Assembly (NCBI GenBank): GCA_963667255.1
Contig: OY762940.1
Coordinates: 1,152,001 to 1,216,000, forward strand
Source of the DNA: Candidatus Cloacimonadota bacterium
Lineage (GTDB): Bacteria; Cloacimonadota; Cloacimonadia; G963667145
DNA: 64,000 bases
Reading direction: 5' to 3'
The notes under the pieces are model-generated. The model had not been told where the DNA came from. It made no database searches and saw nothing but the letters and a program-made list of their open reading frames with translations. Below, in pieces: positions 60,371-64,000 of the stretch. A program made the translations under genes and the position numbers. Numbering within the stretch: the stretch's first letter is position 1; each line of letters starts with the position of its first letter.

Positions 60371-60398
60371 ATCTCTGATAATATATATTATGTAAACT
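60371..60398 (+). other. dif site (XerC/XerD recombination site)
   Basis: atctctgataa-tatata-ttatgtaaact: 11-6-11 layout; spacer and XerD arm match the Bacillus subtilis dif as I recall it; intergenic. Confidence 0.8.
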
Positions 60399-60468
60399 TG
60401 GAGATATGACAAGCATCCTCTTTCATTTGAATGAGTTACGGATATTTTAAAATAAAAGGTTAAAACTT

Positions 60469-61326
60469 ATGAAAAGCATGACAGGTTTTGCGTCGGGAGA
60501 GTTTCAAATAGGCGAATTTAGAGGGCCTATTTCTATCAAGAGTGTCAATTCCCGCAATTTGGATATTATTGTAAAATTGCCGGCATTTATGGTCTCGTTG
60601 GAATCAAATCTCGTTCAGCTTGTAAAATCACGGATAAATCGAGGTCGATTTGTTGCTACGATTGATATTGATGTATCTAACTCCATTTCTTTAAAGCTAA
60701 ATACAGCCCTTTTTAGTCAATATTTGGACATTTATGAAAAGGCAAAAAAGATGTCGGGTCTTCCCTATAGTTTGGATTCTATTTTGCACAATAGCGAACT
60801 TGTTGGTACTCGGTTCGATATGGATAATGTTGAGCCTATTTTTTTGCAAGAGTTCGAGAAAATATTGGATGAGTTCATCGCTTCAGTGTCTGCTGAGGGC
60901 GATAGTATGCGTAGTTTTTTTGTTGAGTCAATGCAAAAAATAGAGATATCCCTTGAAATTGTTGAAGGTCTCTTCCCTATTTATAGAGAAAAAAGATTTT
61001 TGCGATTGAAAGAGAATTTGCAAAACACATTGGAGCGTAATTTGGAACCGGACGAATTGTCGAAATCGTTATCCGAGGTAGCTTTTCTGATGGAACGGTC
61101 GGATGTTACGGAAGAAATTGAGAGATTGAAGCATCATATTAAGACTTTTAGCGAAAATCTGGAGGTTGAAAATTGCGGTAAAACCTTAAATTTCGTAGTG
61201 CAGGAGATGCAAAGAGAAGCAAATACTATGGGTTCTAAGTTTGCTTCCGAAGATGCTTTCCCCCATATTTTATTAATAAAAGAAGAGATAGAAAAGTGCA
61301 GAGAGATGGTTGCCAATGTTGAATGA
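60469..61326 (+). CDS. yicC: YicC/YloC family endoribonuclease
   Basis: MKSMTGF, IKSVNSR.LD, RSDVTEE..RL..H, LNF..QEM.REANT.GSK, EK.RE...NVE. Confidence 0.93.
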   Translation: MKSMTGFASGEFQIGEFRGPISIKSVNSRNLDIIVKLPAFMVSLESNLVQLVKSRINRGRFVATIDIDVSNSISLKLNTALFSQYLDIYEKAKKMSGLPYSLDSILHNSELVGTRFDMDNVEPIFLQEFEKILDEFIASVSAEGDSMRSFFVESMQKIEISLEIVEGLFPIYREKRFLRLKENLQNTLERNLEPDELSKSLSEVAFLMERSDVTEEIERLKHHIKTFSENLEVENCGKTLNFVVQEMQREANTMGSKFASEDAFPHILLIKEEIEKCREMVANVE

Positions 61327-63304
61327 AAATGATGTTTTAGAAGCAATTTACAATGTTGATGGCTGTAACTTGCAAGAATTAAGTAAATTATGCAATATAA
61401 GTAAACATGAACGCAAAGACTTGCTCAAAATTCTTCGCAAATTAGAGAAAGACAAGTCAATATCTTATTCAAATAGCAAGTATGTTAAGGGTATAAACTC
61501 TGTTGAAACAGGAAGATTTGATGCTCTTGCTCTGATGAAAGGGCATCAGTTTGGCTTTGTTATTACTGAATCCGACCATATATTTGTAAACATTGAAGAT
61601 ACTTTAGGTTTGTTTCATAACGACCTTGTTGAAGTGCAAGTTACAGGCATTAAGAAGAATGGGAAGGTTGGGAAAGTAATTAGGATTGTGGAAAGAGGCA
61701 GAAAGGTTTTGGTGGGAACTGTAGCTAAATTAGGCAATCAAGCGATGTTGACAGGCATAGGTGGTCATTTTCATAGGGATGCACAAATTATCAATCCGGA
61801 AATTGCAAATTCTGGAGACAAAGTTGTTGCTTCCGTTAGTTTTTGGGGTGATTTGGAAGTTTACCCTCGGGTAAAAATAACGGAAGTTTTGGGTCGTAGC
61901 GGTGATATTCAGACGGAAATTTTATCTGTTATCTATTCTTACGAGTTGCCTCTTGAGTTTGATGATAAACTTGTGAAGGAAGCAGAAAAACTCAACGAGA
62001 GCTTTGATGTTGAAGATGATATGAAGGAGCGGAAAGATTTGCGGGAATTACACACCTTTACCATTGATCCTGCCAGTGCCAAAGATTTTGACGATGCCGT
62101 TTCCGTGCAAATCAATCATAATGGAGAATATGAACTTTTTGTGCACATCGCTGATGTTTCTCACTTCGTCAAACTGGGCTCTGCCCTATTTGAAGAGGCT
62201 CTATCACGGGGGAATTCCTACTATTTTCCCAAGAGAGTCATTCCAATGCTTCCGAAAATTATCTCCAATTCTTTATGCAGTTTGCGTCCTAACGAAGACA
62301 AATATACAATTACCGTAAAAACTGTGCTCAATAAAAATTTTGAAATTTTGGAGCAAAGTGTTTTTAAATCGGTAATTTGTTCCAATGTGCGATTTAATTA
62401 TGAGCAAGTTGATGAAATTTTTGAAAAAGGGAATTTGGAAGAGATAACTAAGGAAGATAAAGATGCTTTGTTGTTGGCCGATAGGCTTTCCAAGGGTTAT
62501 TTCAAAAAAAGAAAGACCTATATTCAATTTTCGTTGCCTGAGGCTGAATTTGAGTTTGATGAGGACGGTTTACCGATAAATATTTTTAGGTCTGAAGAGA
62601 CGGCTTCGCACAAACTGATTGAGAATTTTATGTTAATCGCTAATGAGTATGTGGCCAAATTTTTATCCTCAAAATCAAGCATTTATAGGGTTCATGAGCC
62701 TCCTGAATATGCTGATGTGCAAAAGGTAAAAAAAGAGCTTGAACAAAATAGCATTGAGGTCCCAGCATACAAAAATCCGACGGAATTTTATCAAAGAACA
62801 TTGAAAGTATTAGATTCCGATGATAAAAAGAGGACTTTCGAGCGAAAAATTTTGCGAAGTATGAAAAGAGCTGAATATAGTTTAACCAATTCACATCATT
62901 TTGGGATAGGAATCGATTTTTATACGCATTTCACTTCCCCCATCAGAAGAATTTGTGATTTGGGGATACATTTGTTGATAAAAAACGCAATTAATTCCGA
63001 AAAATTACTAAAAAAAATAGTCAACAATGCGAACGAGAAGGAACAAATTGCTACAAACGCTGAAAATGATGTGCAAAAGCTTTATTACTTGCAATTTATG
63101 AAGAAAAGATTGGGCAATGAATATACGGCTACTATCGTTGACATAAAAAGAAATGTAATCAAATTGGAATTGGTTAAATATCCTATTTTTGTTAAGGTTT
63201 TCAGTGAAAATAATGCGTTGCGAAATAAAAAAATTAAACTTACTCAAAGAAAATCGGTTAAAATTATTAAGGTAACCGATGAAATAGAAGTAAAAATTAT
63301 TTAA
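61316..63304 (+). CDS. rnr: Ribonuclease R (RNB family), compact
   Basis: N-terminal HTH, cold-shock domains, TIDPASAKDFDDA, VHIADVS, LIENFML.AN, YTHFTSPIRR. Confidence 0.9.
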   Translation: MLNENDVLEAIYNVDGCNLQELSKLCNISKHERKDLLKILRKLEKDKSISYSNSKYVKGINSVETGRFDALALMKGHQFGFVITESDHIFVNIEDTLGLFHNDLVEVQVTGIKKNGKVGKVIRIVERGRKVLVGTVAKLGNQAMLTGIGGHFHRDAQIINPEIANSGDKVVASVSFWGDLEVYPRVKITEVLGRSGDIQTEILSVIYSYELPLEFDDKLVKEAEKLNESFDVEDDMKERKDLRELHTFTIDPASAKDFDDAVSVQINHNGEYELFVHIADVSHFVKLGSALFEEALSRGNSYYFPKRVIPMLPKIISNSLCSLRPNEDKYTITVKTVLNKNFEILEQSVFKSVICSNVRFNYEQVDEIFEKGNLEEITKEDKDALLLADRLSKGYFKKRKTYIQFSLPEAEFEFDEDGLPINIFRSEETASHKLIENFMLIANEYVAKFLSSKSSIYRVHEPPEYADVQKVKKELEQNSIEVPAYKNPTEFYQRTLKVLDSDDKKRTFERKILRSMKRAEYSLTNSHHFGIGIDFYTHFTSPIRRICDLGIHLLIKNAINSEKLLKKIVNNANEKEQIATNAENDVQKLYYLQFMKKRLGNEYTATIVDIKRNVIKLELVKYPIFVKVFSENNALRNKKIKLTQRKSVKIIKVTDEIEVKII

Positions 63305-63391
63305 AGCTATTTATTAGAAGTATTTAGACAACTTGCTTATTTGCTGTATGTTATATTACGCAAGATAAAGTTAATTATTTTGGGAGAAGAT

Positions 63392-64000
63392 ATGAAAGTT
63401 AAAAAGAAACTCAAATATTTGGTTTGCTGTTTTGTTGTTCTTTTGGTTGGTTTATATTTTTCTAGGAATATAATTTTTGCTTACATATTTGAATTTGGAG
63501 CTGAATCGGTATTTGGAGCTAAAGCAGAAATTAAAAAGTGTAATCTGCAAATTTTTTCCGGCAAGTTGTCTTGGGAAGATTTTGAGGTTGCAGACAAAAA
63601 TAAGCCTATGAAAAATCTTTTCCAGACAGGATATGTAGAATTAGATTTTGGCTTGTCTGCCCTATTCAAAGGGCAATTTGTCTGTGAAAATGTTCTTATT
63701 GATAGATTGGAATTTGGAACTAACAGAACAACTGATGGTAGTTTACCCAAGAAAGCGGATAAAAACGAAAAGTCAGCTTTTGCTGGGGCTGCTGTCAATT
63801 ATTTGGAGAATAAGAAAAAATCAATTCCTATCTTGGAATATCAATCTTTGAATGTAGATTCTATTTTGAGTGTGGCTAAATTTATTACTCCCGCGAAAGC
63901 AGATTCTTTGCGGAAAGAGATAGAAGATGCTAACGAATTTTGGACAAATGTGTTGGCTGATAAGGAATATAAGCAAAGAATAAACGGAATTAAGCAAAAA
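63392..64000 (+). CDS. TIGR03545/AsmA-like membrane-anchored protein (runs off the window end)
   Basis: Open frame MKVKKKLKYLVCCFVVLLVG...FGAKAEI...VADKNKPMKNLF...FGTNRTTDGSL, no stop before window end; absent from the ORF track. Confidence 0.7.
   Translation, partial: MKVKKKLKYLVCCFVVLLVGLYFSRNIIFAYIFEFGAESVFGAKAEIKKCNLQIFSGKLSWEDFEVADKNKPMKNLFQTGYVELDFGLSALFKGQFVCENVLIDRLEFGTNRTTDGSLPKKADKNEKSAFAGAAVNYLENKKKSIPILEYQSLNVDSILSVAKFITPAKADSLRKEIEDANEFWTNVLADKEYKQRINGIKQK

Overview
Gene-dense, AT-rich bacterial chromosomal segment read with the standard code. It is mostly + strand housekeeping genes: end of the atp operon, secDF, gatB, an FMN-riboswitch-led ribDE(BA)H operon, moeA, mfd, relA/spoT, dapF, lepB, an archaeal/eukaryote-type proS, murA, a dcw cluster (mraZ to murG) with a murE-murF fusion, nusB, glyQ, PBP1A, PhoH2, alr, yicC and rnr. 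An outer-membrane beta-barrel plus HydB/NuoF-like and RicT genes suggest a diderm anaerobe; Ca. Cloacimonadota is only a guess. Notable items: (1) a stand-alone HydB/NuoF paralog that keeps its Cys ligands but has lost the FMN/NAD motifs; (2) a ~170-nt rod-like candidate ncRNA (6S-like) at 29142-29313 capped by a REP/dRS3-like hairpin; (3) a dif site at 60371-60398 next to a small decayed island containing a compact IS256/Mutator-type element (TIRs, 8-bp target duplication, internal 88-bp duplication) and a HigB/RelE toxin pseudogene with an intact antitoxin, preceded by alr with a 1-bp frameshift; (4) a divergent MraZ with non-canonical 10-bp-period operator repeats; (5) an apparently acquired rib operon between modE and moeA; (6) a radical SAM/SPASM plus GT2 pair between dapF and relA. 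No CRISPR array, rRNA or tRNA was seen. All calls come from motif recognition by eye; no searches were run.
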